A stretch of 60,332 nucleotides of DNA, counting the filler, from Jimgerdemannia flammicorona (taxonomy: Eukaryota), in NCBI GenBank assembly GCA_003990765.1. It is 3 parts of 3 records of this genome, joined end to end, with 100 filler letters (N's around TTAATTAATTAA, not from the genome) between each part and the next. Parts side by side here need not be neighbours in the genome. Positions count along the whole stretch, not along the records: positions 20,150 to 40,196 come from RBNJ01001775.1; 2 more parts are not named here. The stretch is one strand, 5' to 3'. Below are positions 25,641 through 38,408 of this stretch, piece after piece (the first letter of the stretch is position 1; each line of letters opens with the position of its first letter). A program made the translations under genes and the position numbers. The notes under the pieces are model-generated. The model was not told where the DNA came from. It saw only the letters and a list, made by a program, of their open reading frames with translations, and made no database searches.

Positions 25641-26884
25641 ATGCCCAGCTTGCCAACACCCAGCCTGCTGAGCTTGCCAACACCCAGCCTGCTGAGCTTA
25701 TCAACACCCAGTCTGCTGAGCTTACCGACATCCAGCCTGCCAAGCTTGCCAATACCCAGGTTGCTGACATCCAGGTTGCTGAGCTTACTGACTCCCAGCT
25801 TGCTGACCCTTAGCTCCCTGATCTCCAGCTTGACCACTAGCTCACCACTGGTTTACAAGCATAAGATCCCCCACCAGATCTCAATAATACAGCTTGAAAA
25901 AGTTAGTTTTTTTTTTTTTTTTCTTTTTAAATCAATGTCTGAATTTTTTTCCTAATAACATTTGAAATATACATATCCTCCAGCTTCTAAGCCTGGGCCA
26001 GAGTGCAAATCTTGCTACAATTGCCATTTTTGCCATCAAGTTTGCCCAAACACCACTGGAAGCATTGCCAAATCAATTTCCCGAATGCCCCAAACCTCAT
26101 GGAGAAAAGGCCTTACAAATTGGACATTAGGAGTGCTTTCGCTGTGGCCAACAAATGCATTAAGAAAGTACATGATGACCAACTGAGGCAAGAAGTCATA
26201 AGAGTGATAGAAAACTGTGTGAAAATCGTAGAACATTTATCATATCACACCAGCTTCAAGGTGAATGCCAAAGCATGGAACAAGCAAGGTTGTCTAGATA
26301 GAATTGTCATCATGGATGAATACGTAAAACTGCTGGCCATATTTGAATGAGTATCGGTGAAGAATGACAAAACGCTTTATACCTGACTGATGGATGGCAG
26401 GCTTGTGCATTTTGTTGAGGGGGGTGATGGTAGAGGAGATGGAGAGATGGGAGAGGTTGGTGCCGGTGGAGGAGTTGGCGCTGGTGGAGAGGTCAGTGGA
26501 GAGGTTGGCACAGGGGTGATTGGCGCAGGGGAGGTCAGTGCGGGGGAGGTTGGCACAGGGGAGGTCGGTGTGGAGGAACATAGGGAGGTTGGTATGGAGG
26601 AGGTCAGCGCGGAGAAACACGGGGAGGTCGGTGTGGAGGAACATGGGGAGGTTGGTGCGGAGGAACCCAGGGAGGTCGGTATGGAGGAACATAGGGAGGT
26701 CAGTGCAGAGGAATACAGGGAGGTCGGCGCGGAGGACGAAATAGAGGTTGGTGCAGAGGAGGTCGGCCCAGAGGAGGATATGGAGGAGGAGGATATAGAG
26801 GAAAGCAGTTTGGAATATATGGAGGAAGATGGTTTGGAATATAAGAAGGAGGAGGATCAGTTGGTTTATAGCGATGAAGAGTAA
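25641..26884 (+). pseudogene. Accessory (cargo) gene of the hAT element: 24-bp repeat N-terminus, helical middle, Gly/Glu-rich repeat tail
   Basis: ORFs 25641-, 26003-26350 and 26390-26884; the last two are in frame, separated by two TGA stops consistent with CGA deamination; intron GTTAG at 25901 to CCAG at 25983. Confidence 0.55.
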
Positions 26885-27456
26885 GATCTGTTCACACTGG
26901 TAAGTTCTTTATTTTCCTGATTTACTTCCTATTTATTTCTGATTTCATTTTGATTTCTGATTCCTAATTATGTTTCTATTTGTTTATTCTAAATATATAT
27001 CTTAGATGTGCAATATATTTTTTTTGGTACCTTGTAGCTTAAAGGTGGATTAAAGACAGGTCTGTGTCGGGTTAAATACAGGTCAGGGTTGGGTCATGTA
27101 TATTTCTCGGGTCGGGTCACATATATTTCTCGGGTCGGGTCATATATATTTCTTGGGTCAGGTCACATATATTTCTCGGGTTGGGTTAAAGACAGGTTAT
27201 GTATAATTCTGGGTCAGGTTAAAGATGGGTGATATACATTTCCAGGTCGGGTTAAAGATGGGTAACATATAATTCTGGGTCAGGTTAAAGACGGGTGACA
27301 TATTATTCCGGGTCGGGTTAAAGACGGGTGACATATTATTCCGGGTCGGGTTAAAGATGGGTGATATATAATTCTGGGTCAGATTAAAGATGGGTGATGT
27401 ATAATTCCGGGTCGGGTTAAATATGTATATGGGTCAGCTCGGGTTGCGATGCACTA

Positions 27457-29117
27457 CTCTTCAGGGTTGCCGGCCTCCCTCCATCCAATATCGTGGTGTC
27501 AGCTCCAGTACTTGCAGACTCATCCCATACCTCCGGGACATCCACCAGTTCCTCCTCGCTAGCTGCTACCATCTGTCCCCCATATGCCACCTCCGGAACT
27601 CCGAATTGCACCCTCTGGGCCCCTCACATCGGCATATCTTCCACCACTCTGTTTCGGGAAGCTGGGCCATGTCTGATAAGAGGGGTAGGGGTAGGGGAGC
27701 CCTCCCAGTCCTCCTCCCAAACCTCCAGCATACCATCGGCAAATAGGTCCTTTCCATGCTTTGCCTTATCCTCCCCCACCTCCTTCTTGTCCTTCCCCTC
27801 CCTCTCATCAGCCCAGACACTCGCTTCGGCTCCCCCTGCATCCCTCCTCTTGTTCGCATCCCCCAGCGGCCCATTATCCAGCTTGGCCAGCAGATCCTTC
27901 TGTCTCTTATGCCCTTGAGCCCTTTCCCACTGCTCCTTGGTCACTAGAATCTGCTTTCCATCCACTACCTCCAAATGCCTTGCCCCCTCAAAAGCCTTCC
28001 AAGCCTTTGCTCGCCTCTCTATAGTACCACCCAGCTCTTCAAACACTTCCAATAAATCCTCCTCCTCCTCCTCACTACCCTTCACCCTTATTACCTTATA
28101 CTGGATCGCTCCCCAGCCCATCGCCGAAGGCCAATCCCTTGCCTTCCCAGTAGCCTCCTTTCCAGCCAGCCGAATCCGCACATCCACATCACCCATCCTG
28201 AGCGAGGTCCCTTCCCAGACCCGGAATCTGATATCCACCACCTCACCATACTCTGCCATGAAATCCTTAACTCTCTTTCTCATCTCCATCACTGTCACTG
28301 TCAGCACTCCTTTCACCAGCAGTTGGACCACCCTGGGATCCCACTTCAGGCAATGTGCTATTGGAACACACACCTCTCTAACCACCAATCCAACTTTCAA
28401 TGCCTCCTTCAGCAGCGCCATCTCCTCAAAGCCCACCTCCACTCTCTCCAGTCTCTTTAAGAACTTCACTGACACAGCACCCGCCACTGCTTAGCGATGA
28501 GCCCCGGCACCATTTTCGCCATCACTGCTAAGCCCCGGAAACACATCATGACTGCAAATTCCGAGATCAACTTCTTGAGTAACGGTGCCACCACCAGTCC
28601 CATTACACCATCTGCCAGGTCCCTGGGCCTCATGCCCTTCCCACTGCTTGACACACCATCAGCAGTCCCATCTAAATTTTTTTCCAGATCGCCTGTCACA
28701 CCTCCATCAGCAGTCCCCACCCCAGCCGCAACCCCCCCAGCTCCACCCCTATGGCCCTTCAGAGAAGCATTCCCATGTAGTTGCTGCCTAGAAGCCCTCA
28801 CCGGCACCTTCCCCCCCCTCAGCCAGCTCTCCAGCCCAGCCCCCTGCTGACCCCCCTTCACTTTCTCTGCAAAGCTCGCCCTGCTGGTTCCTTGACCTCC
28901 AGCTCCTCTCCCTCCTCCACCATGTCCTCCCACCAGCAAGCCCCTCATGCTTCCCCCCAAGCCAGGGCCTCTCCCTACTTGCTGCCATTCGAAGGCTCCA
29001 GGGCTGCCCTGCTTAGTATGCACCTCAGGATGCTTGTTAGTTGCTATGAAACTAGTAGCTTGTCTCCAGAAACTGCATTGAAAGTGTTGCCAAAAGATTG
29101 TGTAACCTGAATGTTAC
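27457..29117 (-). mobile_element. Non-LTR (L1/Tx1-like) retroelement 5' part: 5'UTR and frameshifted ORF1, cut off by the hAT end
   Basis: SFAEKVKG motif and RRM-like FMAEYGEVVDIRFRVWEGTSLRMGDVDVRIRL, typical of LINE ORF1; homologous to 38409-39951. Confidence 0.7.
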
Positions 29118-29119
29118 CG

Positions 29120-29437
29120 GACAAAGGCATGTGTGGCAGCATCAGCCCTAGTACCAGTTAGCCATCTACTTACCTTCATCTTGTCCACAAAGCTAGGGGG
29201 GCCAGGCCTTCCCCCATTCCACCCAACACTGGTTCTTCTCCAGAGCTCTCACCACTCTTCAATGCTCCAATGGCCCCCATCTACAGTCCATAACCTCTCC
29301 CCACATTCTGCCAGCCAAATGTCCCAGGTCTACCTGACCCAGCATATCTATCCAAACTCTTGCTTGATGATATTTTTATAGTATCTTTTCTCTAAATTGT
29401 GTTGAAAACTGTTGCTTGAAGTTGGTATAATGTGAAT
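29120..29437 (-). mobile_element. Older 5' fragment of a related LINE, interrupted by the previous copy
   Basis: Similar ATTCA-starting 5'UTR and PSFVDKMK motif (compare SFAEKVK). Confidence 0.45.
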
Positions 29438-29598
29438 TATATAGGAGAAAGGATGAACTTAACTATTAGTTACTAGAGAAAACTCTAGTTATAGTAGAAG
29501 TTAAGAGTATATTCCACTTTAGTGTATTTTGCAATATAAGATATTATAGTCAAATTTTTTATTGATATATAGTATTCTCAGATATATATAGAAGAGAG

Positions 29599-31407
29599 GT
29601 TACAGAAATAGCTAACTTATAAGCACACAACCTCCAAGCCACTGAAATCACATATTATCCTCCAAACAAGCCACTGAAATCACACACAACCTCTGAACAA
29701 ATCTGAAAATCACCTGTATGATTATAAAGCTGAGTCAAACTGAAGTCATAGTGCACAAAGCTGAGCCAATACGAAGTCACAGAACACAAGATTTACACAA
29801 ACAGAATCTTACCAATCAGGACCAAATGTATATATACTGAGCACTAAGATATGTCGAAACAGAGAACTAAAACAAACAATAAACCACAACTTCTGAATAT
29901 ATACAAACATGACTACTGAGATCTATAACTACATCCATGCTGACATTTGGAATACTGTAGTCAACTGAGCCACACCCCCTCTGCCTCTCATGAATATCCA
30001 TAGTCTAGCACCCCTCTACTTTATAGAAGCCCAATGGAATGCCCTGAACATGCTTAGCGAGACCCACTGAATCAGATAAATCTCAAGCTACTATCAGATT
30101 GGCTGCCTCCTAGAAGACATGGTCGAATACTACCATGATACAGATATTACTCAGATATCTCAACACCAGAAACTCATTGCCCACAAACATCAGAAACTCT
30201 TCTATGAGTATAGCACCTTTATTCCCCACCTCTGAGTTATTACTAGTGAAATGGTTACCACTCTGTCCTATGGCCAAATCAATGATATGATATAAGAACT
30301 CAACTACAAGTACCTTGAATATGTTCAGACTATAGACAGAACCTTCCTACATTCTGATGACTATATTCTGCAAATGCCTCAAGTCGGATATACTATGAAG
30401 GACATCTATAATATAATCTGATTTAATGAAGATAAAGCAGAAGACAATAATCCCTCTGATGCTAATATAATCTCAAGCCAAGGATCTCTGCCAACCCTGA
30501 TCACACTGCCAATCTTGCCAATAAACTTACAATAGTTCATAACCACATATGAGACTTATTGAGATAATGACCACTGGCATGAATATCAACCTGCATTTAC
30601 CCCCAATTACTTCAACTATAATGAAGAGACCAGAGAACACAATCTGTACCTTCAGACAACCCTCGAGATCAAACCAACTACTCCACTACCTAAGTACAAG
30701 TAACATGAACTACAGTCACCAGCTTACTACAACTCTGTGACTCATAGTGCTATAATCTATAGAAGGTACACAGACAGTGAATCTGATGAAAGTGAAGACA
30801 AAGCACTACTCCTTCACCCACCAACTCCATACTCAGTATATGATACAGATGATGCTATCCTATGAGATGGTGATAAAGTCCCAATGTATTACTATCTCAG
30901 CAAACAAGGAGAATTAATTTGTGAATAACTCTTCCTAGATGAGTACTTCATCAGAGATGATGTCATTGATGGTAATGTCATTGAAGACTACCTAGACAGC
31001 ATCTAAATCTATAGATAGCTTAGCAGTCATAGTAAAGTTAGATTAGTCTTATATGATATGACTGTAAACTAACTCAGTAGTCAGATGATATCTTGATATA
31101 TCAGATCACACTTATACTATGTGACTGCATTCCAACTCAGCAAGGCACTAAGTGCTACATCCATATCTAGCATAGTCCAGATAGCCTTTCACTAGTATAA
31201 ATACCCCCTCCCCCAGATCTCAGAATCTCAGACTGGAATATTTGAATAATCCGAACACAACTCCTAAGCACTTCTCCACAATATTCCTTCACACAACTAC
31301 TCCTAGTATAGCAATATCATGAATAGTGAATAAACCTATTTAATAATCCACAAACCACTCTTAAGTAAATCCACTCCCCATTAGGTCCCACTCCTAACCC
31401 CATTACA
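29599..31407 (+). mobile_element. Putative long 3' LTR (~1.8 kb) with a decayed ~365-codon ORF at ~29909-31007
   Basis: Purine tract AGAAGAGAGG just before, TATAAATA at 31196, AATAAA at 31329, ends ...CATTACA; the ORF part I translated keeps frame with only TGA/TAA stops; no partner LTR in the contig. Confidence 0.5.
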
Positions 31408-31659
31408 AAATCTCCTAATTGGATATTGTCTGCAGTAATATGCCAATTAAACTAAGCTTGTCTTAGTTTCTTAAACTTCCTGAAATATGGAAAATCCTAA
31501 ATATCCAGAACTAGTCTGAAGAAGGACTTTGGTTGAGATGTCAATCTGATCTTAAAATCAATAAGTATAGAGGACATACTCCATATGAAATTGAACTTGA
31601 CCATAAGAAAACAGTCTTTCAGAATATCCAGAACTTCCAGAAAACCCTTCCAGAATTAT

Positions 31660-34600
31660 GTAATAGTCACTCTAAAAAGTAATCCTCTTACATAACTTTT
31701 AATTAGTATAATATATTTAATCAGACCAATATTACTTCACTTCTTAGAGTTGAGTTTAATACTATTTACTATGAGCTAGTTTATATAGAAGTCAACAGTC
31801 CTCTAACTCTCAGTAGTATTGCAAAGATAAGAGTAATATTATTAGTAAAGAAAAGATCTAGGAGAAGTTATATTCTTTAATAAAGATATCAAAGAGCCAA
31901 GATAAGAAGAGAGAGCTCTGAAAGAGATCTTACTTAGTAGAAACTAAAGGGATGACAAGGCTATTAATAACTATTTAATATGAATAATAATTGAGCAGAG
32001 TTGTATGATACTAAGAAGAGCCATATCAGTAGCCTATATCTCAAGATAAGAGTAAATAAGCTTGAGAAAGACTTGATCATATACCTGCTAAAGGTCTAAA
32101 AAGATACAGTAGCCTCACTTGTTAGCTCATATATCATATGAGAGTAAGATATAAGAGAGGAATGAAAAGTGGGTCAGAAGTCATTCTAGCAGTATAATAT
32201 TTCTATCAGACCACTATTGTATTTGATATAATCTTCCAAACACTACTTAAAGAGTTGGCAAAATATATCAGTAAGAGTGATAGGGTAAAACCTATCAATA
32301 GTATAAGATTTCTTCTTATTAGATATCAGAGAAATAATAGTAATATTCTAGTACTAGAGAGTGAGCCCTCATATAATATATAACTAGAAGAAGAAGAATA
32401 AGACTTTTAATAAGTTATAAGGAGTATTCTTCTTACCTACTATCACTTAAAGAATCTAGACATATAAGAAGTCAGCTCTACAGACCTTTGTAGAGATTAG
32501 CTATAGATGGTCCTCTAAACAGCAGACTGATAAAATCAGAACTATAGTCCAAGAGCCACCACACCAAGAGAGAAGACATCCACAGAGTTATTAATATAGA
32601 GTGAGGTATTTAGCTATCTAAAGATAGTAGTAAAATAGAAAAATACTTCATTAAATACCAAGATAGTAGAGAAGTAAGATTGAAGAGAAGTATGGAGAGT
32701 AGAGTAGTATACTCACTTAAAATTATAAATAACATCAGAGATTAAAAATATACTATAAAGAAATCTGATTTTTTTAGTGTTATATGAGTCCAGAATATTC
32801 TTACAGATAGACTATAGATCTGAGGTTATAAGTGGGTTAAGAAAATCTACAAACTCCTGATGATCTACTATAGAATAAAAGCCAGAGATATGATTTTGGA
32901 TGGATTAGATAGACTTGACAATTGTATTATAAATAATATATGAAGATTCCTGAAGATGAGCTTGAATGACCAGATCAGTCAGATAATTTATAAAGAACTA
33001 GCAGGCAATAGCCAAGATAGCAATCAGTAAGAGAGAGAAGGAGAAAGAGATGGTAAGAAGAGAGAGATAGACTATAGGGATAGAGAGAGTAAAGTAAAAG
33101 AGAGATATATAAAGAGATACAGTATATCCCTTTCTCATTCTCTTCTCTAATTTTTATTATATTGTTTGATCAAGCTTACTGAGTATTGTTCTATACTCTT
33201 CTCTTTTATACTATAATCTATCATCTCTTTCTTAGTACTCTCTCATTACTTATTTATAACTTTCTTCTATTTCTTCTCTAATCTACTATTCTTGTTTTAT
33301 ATTTTCATTATCTTTAGGTATCTCTGGCTCTATTAGAGAGGATTAAAAAACATTCTGCTCTACTCTGAGATCTCACATTCACTTCAGGATCTTCAGTCTT
33401 TACTTTACTCCTCTTTACTACCTACAGTTTCTTAGATTTATCTTGAGCTCACTACAGCTTACTTTACTCATTCTTTATCTCTTATTCTTACTCACTCCTC
33501 CAGGTTCCATAGATGTTTTTAAATCTTGATTTTGATTTATTTGTTTCTGATCTTTATTTTTACTCTAGGATTAGCTCTCTCTTTATCTTCATATAATATA
33601 AGGTTTTTAATTTGGTTATCTCTATATTGTGATATATTATTCCTTTTTGAGACTTTGTATTTATATATAAGAACTGTACTTTCATATAGTAATAACAATA
33701 GATATAATTTCTGTCCTATTCTATATTTATTCTTATTTCTCACCTTCTTCATATCTTATCTCTCCTCTATCTCTTTCTTCTATAACTATGACTTCAGCTT
33801 TATCTCTGGATCTTCTGGTTCTTCTCTAAATCTCATTATACCTTCTTTATATCTACTACTACTTCTGCCTATGGGGTCTCTACTACTGATATAGCTATAG
33901 ATAAGAATAGTTATCTTCTATTCCTTCTCCTCTGCTTTGCTCCTACTAATATCACCTTTGACTTTTATATATTATCTACCATCCTCTCTCTTCTTCTTAA
34001 TCTTAACTATTAGACCATTCTCATTATACTTAATTCTGCTAAGTTCTCTCTCTCTCTATCAAGGAGACATTATTATCATAATGTCTACTTAGCTTTACTT
34101 ACTATTAAGTTCCTATCCTCAATGAGGACTATTAGTAAACCTTTTCTAAGGAGGTCTATACTGTCTCTATTGTTACTAAAATCACTACTACTGATACTGC
34201 ATATGATATACATATTCCTACTCTCTCTTCTCTTCTCTACTGTCTTCTCTAAGTCTTATTCTTCTTGTATCTCTAAGTACAAATACTATATAAAAGATTG
34301 TAGTTATAAGATCTGATATTTAAATATTATCTGCTTATACTTATCTACCTCACCTCTCTTAAGAAAGGGCTATGAGAATAAAAAGTAATCTAACTTCTAT
34401 ACTTCTCTCTAGCTTAGTTCTCTCTCAGTATCTCTGTCCTATCTTAGATCTCATCATCACTTCTGATATATTCTAAGTAGTTTCTCATATTATCTCTTCT
34501 TTATTTTCCCAAGTTACTTATATATCTTGAACTTTTAAGTTTATTCTTCCTCTAGGGCTCTTTATTCCCTCCTTTCTCTTGAGCAGACTATCCACTTTCT

Positions 34601-34800
34601 TCTTTAAACATTTATACTTTCTTTGAGTTTTTGCTTTATCTTTCTAGTAATATGTTTCCAGTTTTTCTCTATCTTAAGTACTTCTATCATATTCTTAATC
34701 TTACAAACTTTCTTGAAGATTATTTGTGATTGTTTTCTTACTATTTTATTTTAGTGAGTGAGTTCTACTAATTAATATCTCTTAAAACTATATATTTCTT
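31660..34800. mobile_element. Strongly decayed TE-derived coding remnants (apparently + strand to ~33100, then - strand); family unresolved
   Basis: CpG-free, purine skew switches near 33120, fragmentary reading frames. Confidence 0.4.
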
Positions 34801-34849
34801 AACATACTTGCTTATATAGATTGTATATTTATATATTACAAATGGAATA

Positions 34850-37800
34850 ACATAAGTTATATATTAATATATCAAGTTACTATCTCAATGCTCTCACTCA
34901 ATAAGATATATATACTAAAACAAAAAAAACAATATCAACTATATTTAAAAAAAATAAAAAAAAAAAAGAATACAAACTAGAATAAAAAGTAATATAATAC
35001 ATATAAAAACTAGAACATATAATAACTCAAAAGAATTACATATAAAATCTAATATTTAAGAAATTTTCAAAGTTAAAAATTATTTCATAATACCCAAAAT
35101 GCCTATAAAAATCTACTTAGATGATGAATATAGTAAGAATACAAGATATAGATATAAATAATATAAAAATAATGCAAATATAGTAAGAGAGGCTTTTTAG
35201 AGTCTAAAAGAAATTCTATGATTAATAGCTAAACTGGTATATTGCTCATAAGATCCATTCCTTATATACATATATAGCTCAAACTTTAACTTTAAAAGGA
35301 CTTTTATTAGTAAATTGGTAATTATGTACTCTATGGAAATGTATTCTTAATATATAGTACTATTCTCTATATATTCATATATAAAATGATATTATATATC
35401 AATATGTTTCATTTCACTATGATATACTAGATTCTTGATAAGTATAATTATAGATTGGTTATTCTGGCATAGTATACTGCTCTATTACTAAGCTAATCTA
35501 AGTTCTTTTAACAGTTCACTAAGCTATATAGCTTCCTTTAATGTCTAATACTCTATCTTTATTGATAATATTACTACAGATAATTGCTTGCATGTTTGCT
35601 ACAAGATAATAGACCCTTGATCATCAATGTAAAAGAGATATCTAGTTGTAGATTAATAGTCATTGAGATTATATACTCAATCAGTATCACACATACTAGA
35701 TAGCTAAATGCTATTTTTGTAACTTCTGTTATTGCTATTACTCAATATAAGTAATAGTACACTATACCCTTAAAATATCTAAATATTCTCTTAACAGTAC
35801 TCCAATATATATATTATAGTAGAACAAATACTATACTATCTTATTCATAATATATGATATATTAAGTCTCATTTTAGTATAAGATATATGTATAAGAGAA
35901 CCAACTGCTTGCCAATATGATATATCTTTGATACTATTTTTGGTTAACATATTGTCATTATCCTCAGATATAGTGTCTGGCTTCCTTAACTTCACAGAAT
36001 TATCTATAGATATACTACTGAACTTGTATTCATTTATATTAAAATATTCATGAATTATATAAGTATATATTACTTATGAGAGATATATCACCCATATCTA
36101 TCATCTTAAACTCTTAATATAGGGCTTCTTTAACTCTGTTAAGCTTATTCTTACTGGTAAAAATAATTATATTGTTAATCCAGATACTGATTATGACTAT
36201 ACTATTACTATTATTAAACTAGATATCTATGTATTCATCTGTCTCACAGTAGGTAAATCTATGATTAAGTAAATGTTTAACTATCCTTACATTCCATAGT
36301 TATATCATTTAATTAATACTATATAATTTCTTATATAGTTTGCATATGAGCTCCTTTTGCATATTGTCACATAGTTCATATTCTTATAGTTAAAAGATAT
36401 ATAGTTTGGTATCTATATCACTATTCAGGATAATGTTTTGATATTTATTTAATGGATTTCCAGATTGTATAGTATATCAATCACAAGGTGTATTCTCAGT
36501 AAAGTAAGCTTGAATACTGGAGAAAATGTCTCATCATAATCTTACAAATAACTCTTATCAATAAAATAAGCTTTATATTTCTCTACACTTCTATTACTCT
36601 TATACATAATTCTATAGATCCACTTTGTTCCAATTGGTTGGCAATTTGGCAGAAGAGGTATGGGATCTCATGTACCATACTCAGAGTGAATTGTATTTCT
36701 TATCTATTACATATTTCAATTTATTGCTGTCCAGGATTGTATGGCTTCATTATATATACTAGGTTCACTAGATATTGCTATATATGTATATTTATATACT
36801 TTGATATAGCTCATATAGTCTTGATGTTACTGCTATCTATAGATTGCTGATATATTCTAATATCTTTTCAATTTAGAATGAGTTTCTTAGCAAACATTAG
36901 AATGTTTTCACTTATCCTTCATAGAGGATCTCTCAGTATTAGATCTACCATCATCATCACTCTTGATCTCTATTATTCTTAACTCAGACAACTCTGGCTC
37001 AGATATGTATAGCAGTTTAAAAATAATTTTGATTCACTACTAGAGAGGTAGATGATAGTTAGTATATTTATTCTAGTTGGGATATAGATATTATTATATT
37101 AACTAGTATATCTATGTGAGATTCTTCTTTACTTTTTTCTCAAAAATATATATTATATGAAATAATAATATGCTACTTATATGAATTCTAGAGTCTGTAT
37201 ATCTTGCTGGTGGCTGAATATCTAAGAAATATATACTTGCCAGCTTTTGGCTCAAATTTATACTGATTGGTATTACTCTTATTAAGAATATATATCTCAC
37301 AACTAAATAAGTATAGATGTGATATATTAGGCTTAATTCCACTATATAATTCATCAGAAGTAAGATCATCATCCTTATTTTTGTTATTGTTATCAGCTTC
37401 TTTACTTAGTGCTTGAAAAATATATCAATTACATATATATTACTATTTCATTACTTTGACTAAATAGAAGTATTTCAATCCTATTATATTAATAATTATA
37501 CAAGCTATTTCTATGACAATATAGTTAAATCACTCTACCAAACTATTTTACTAAAGTGTATTAAGAGCCATTATTTGATATTGTATATTGGATTTTTTTT
37601 AGAAATTACCAAAATGTATCATTGATGTATTTATATCTATTATCTAATTATATAGTGTATATTCTAAATTCTGTTTAATTTTTGGTAATTATTTTAAATT
37701 CTTTGATTTCTCTAATATCCCATACTTTATTCATCTGAAGTATATATATATCTTTCACATATAATTATTAATGAATATAATAAAATAATTCTTTCTAGAG

Positions 37801-38408
37801 TATGGTACAATATGTATTTGCTTATATATACATATCTGTATATATAAAGTTGTGGATCCTGAAGATATACTTTAATCATTCCTCAAATGATTGTCAGGAT
37901 ACTTTATTTTCCATATATTCTTTCCAAAAGTCTTTCTCTAAGTATACATATGATAGTAGTCTATTCACTGAGTCACTTTGGATAATTCTTCTAAAGCTTG
38001 ATTTGTCAATATATCCTAAGTATGGATACAATATATTAGATATATTGGATATAGTCATCATATATATAGAGACTATTATACTATTGGCATTTCATTGATT
38101 ATATAAAGATTGTCATGTTTTGAGGCTATAATTAGCTCATTATTATACAGATTATATATAGTTATACTCTTTACAAATATATGTATTTCATTGTTGTAAT
38201 GAGATATTATTTTTCATATTGAAAAGATTCTTGCTGATTTCTGGGGCATATAGTATATCTAGAAAGATATCAGCTAATTCTGCGATATTATCATAAAGAT
38301 ATATTCCCACATTTCTCTTTTCTTGAGTATAGATGATATTTTTATATTCCAATTTAATAGGTATAAGATGTTTGAAAGACTTATACATAGACAAGGTTCT
38401 ACTCACCA
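34850..38408 (-). mobile_element. Ty1/Copia LTR retrotransposon remnant (protease-integrase-RT-RNaseH, PPT and start of 3' LTR)
   Basis: LDILYAPEISKNL (post-protease segment), EYGT*DPIPLLPNCQPIGTKWI (start of Copia RT) at ~36617-36682, PPT/LTR-like junction TTGAGTGAGAGCATTG near 34890. Confidence 0.85.

Larger units (their letters stand above)
21438..27456 (-). mobile_element. hAT-superfamily DNA transposon (~6 kb), possibly chimeric, with transposase and a divergent second gene
   Basis: Ends TAGTGCTCTGCAAACCC and GGGTTGCGATGCACTA; inverted arrays of ~33-bp subterminal repeats at ~21500-21760 and ~27045-27420; internal hAT transposase; no matching 8-bp TSD found. Confidence 0.8.

Noticed and set aside
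27045..27420. CRISPR-like array of ~33-bp repeats (also 21500-21760 and 39970-40065)
   Set aside because: Units are tandem with no unique spacers, there are no cas genes, the context is eukaryotic, and transposon subterminal repeats explain them
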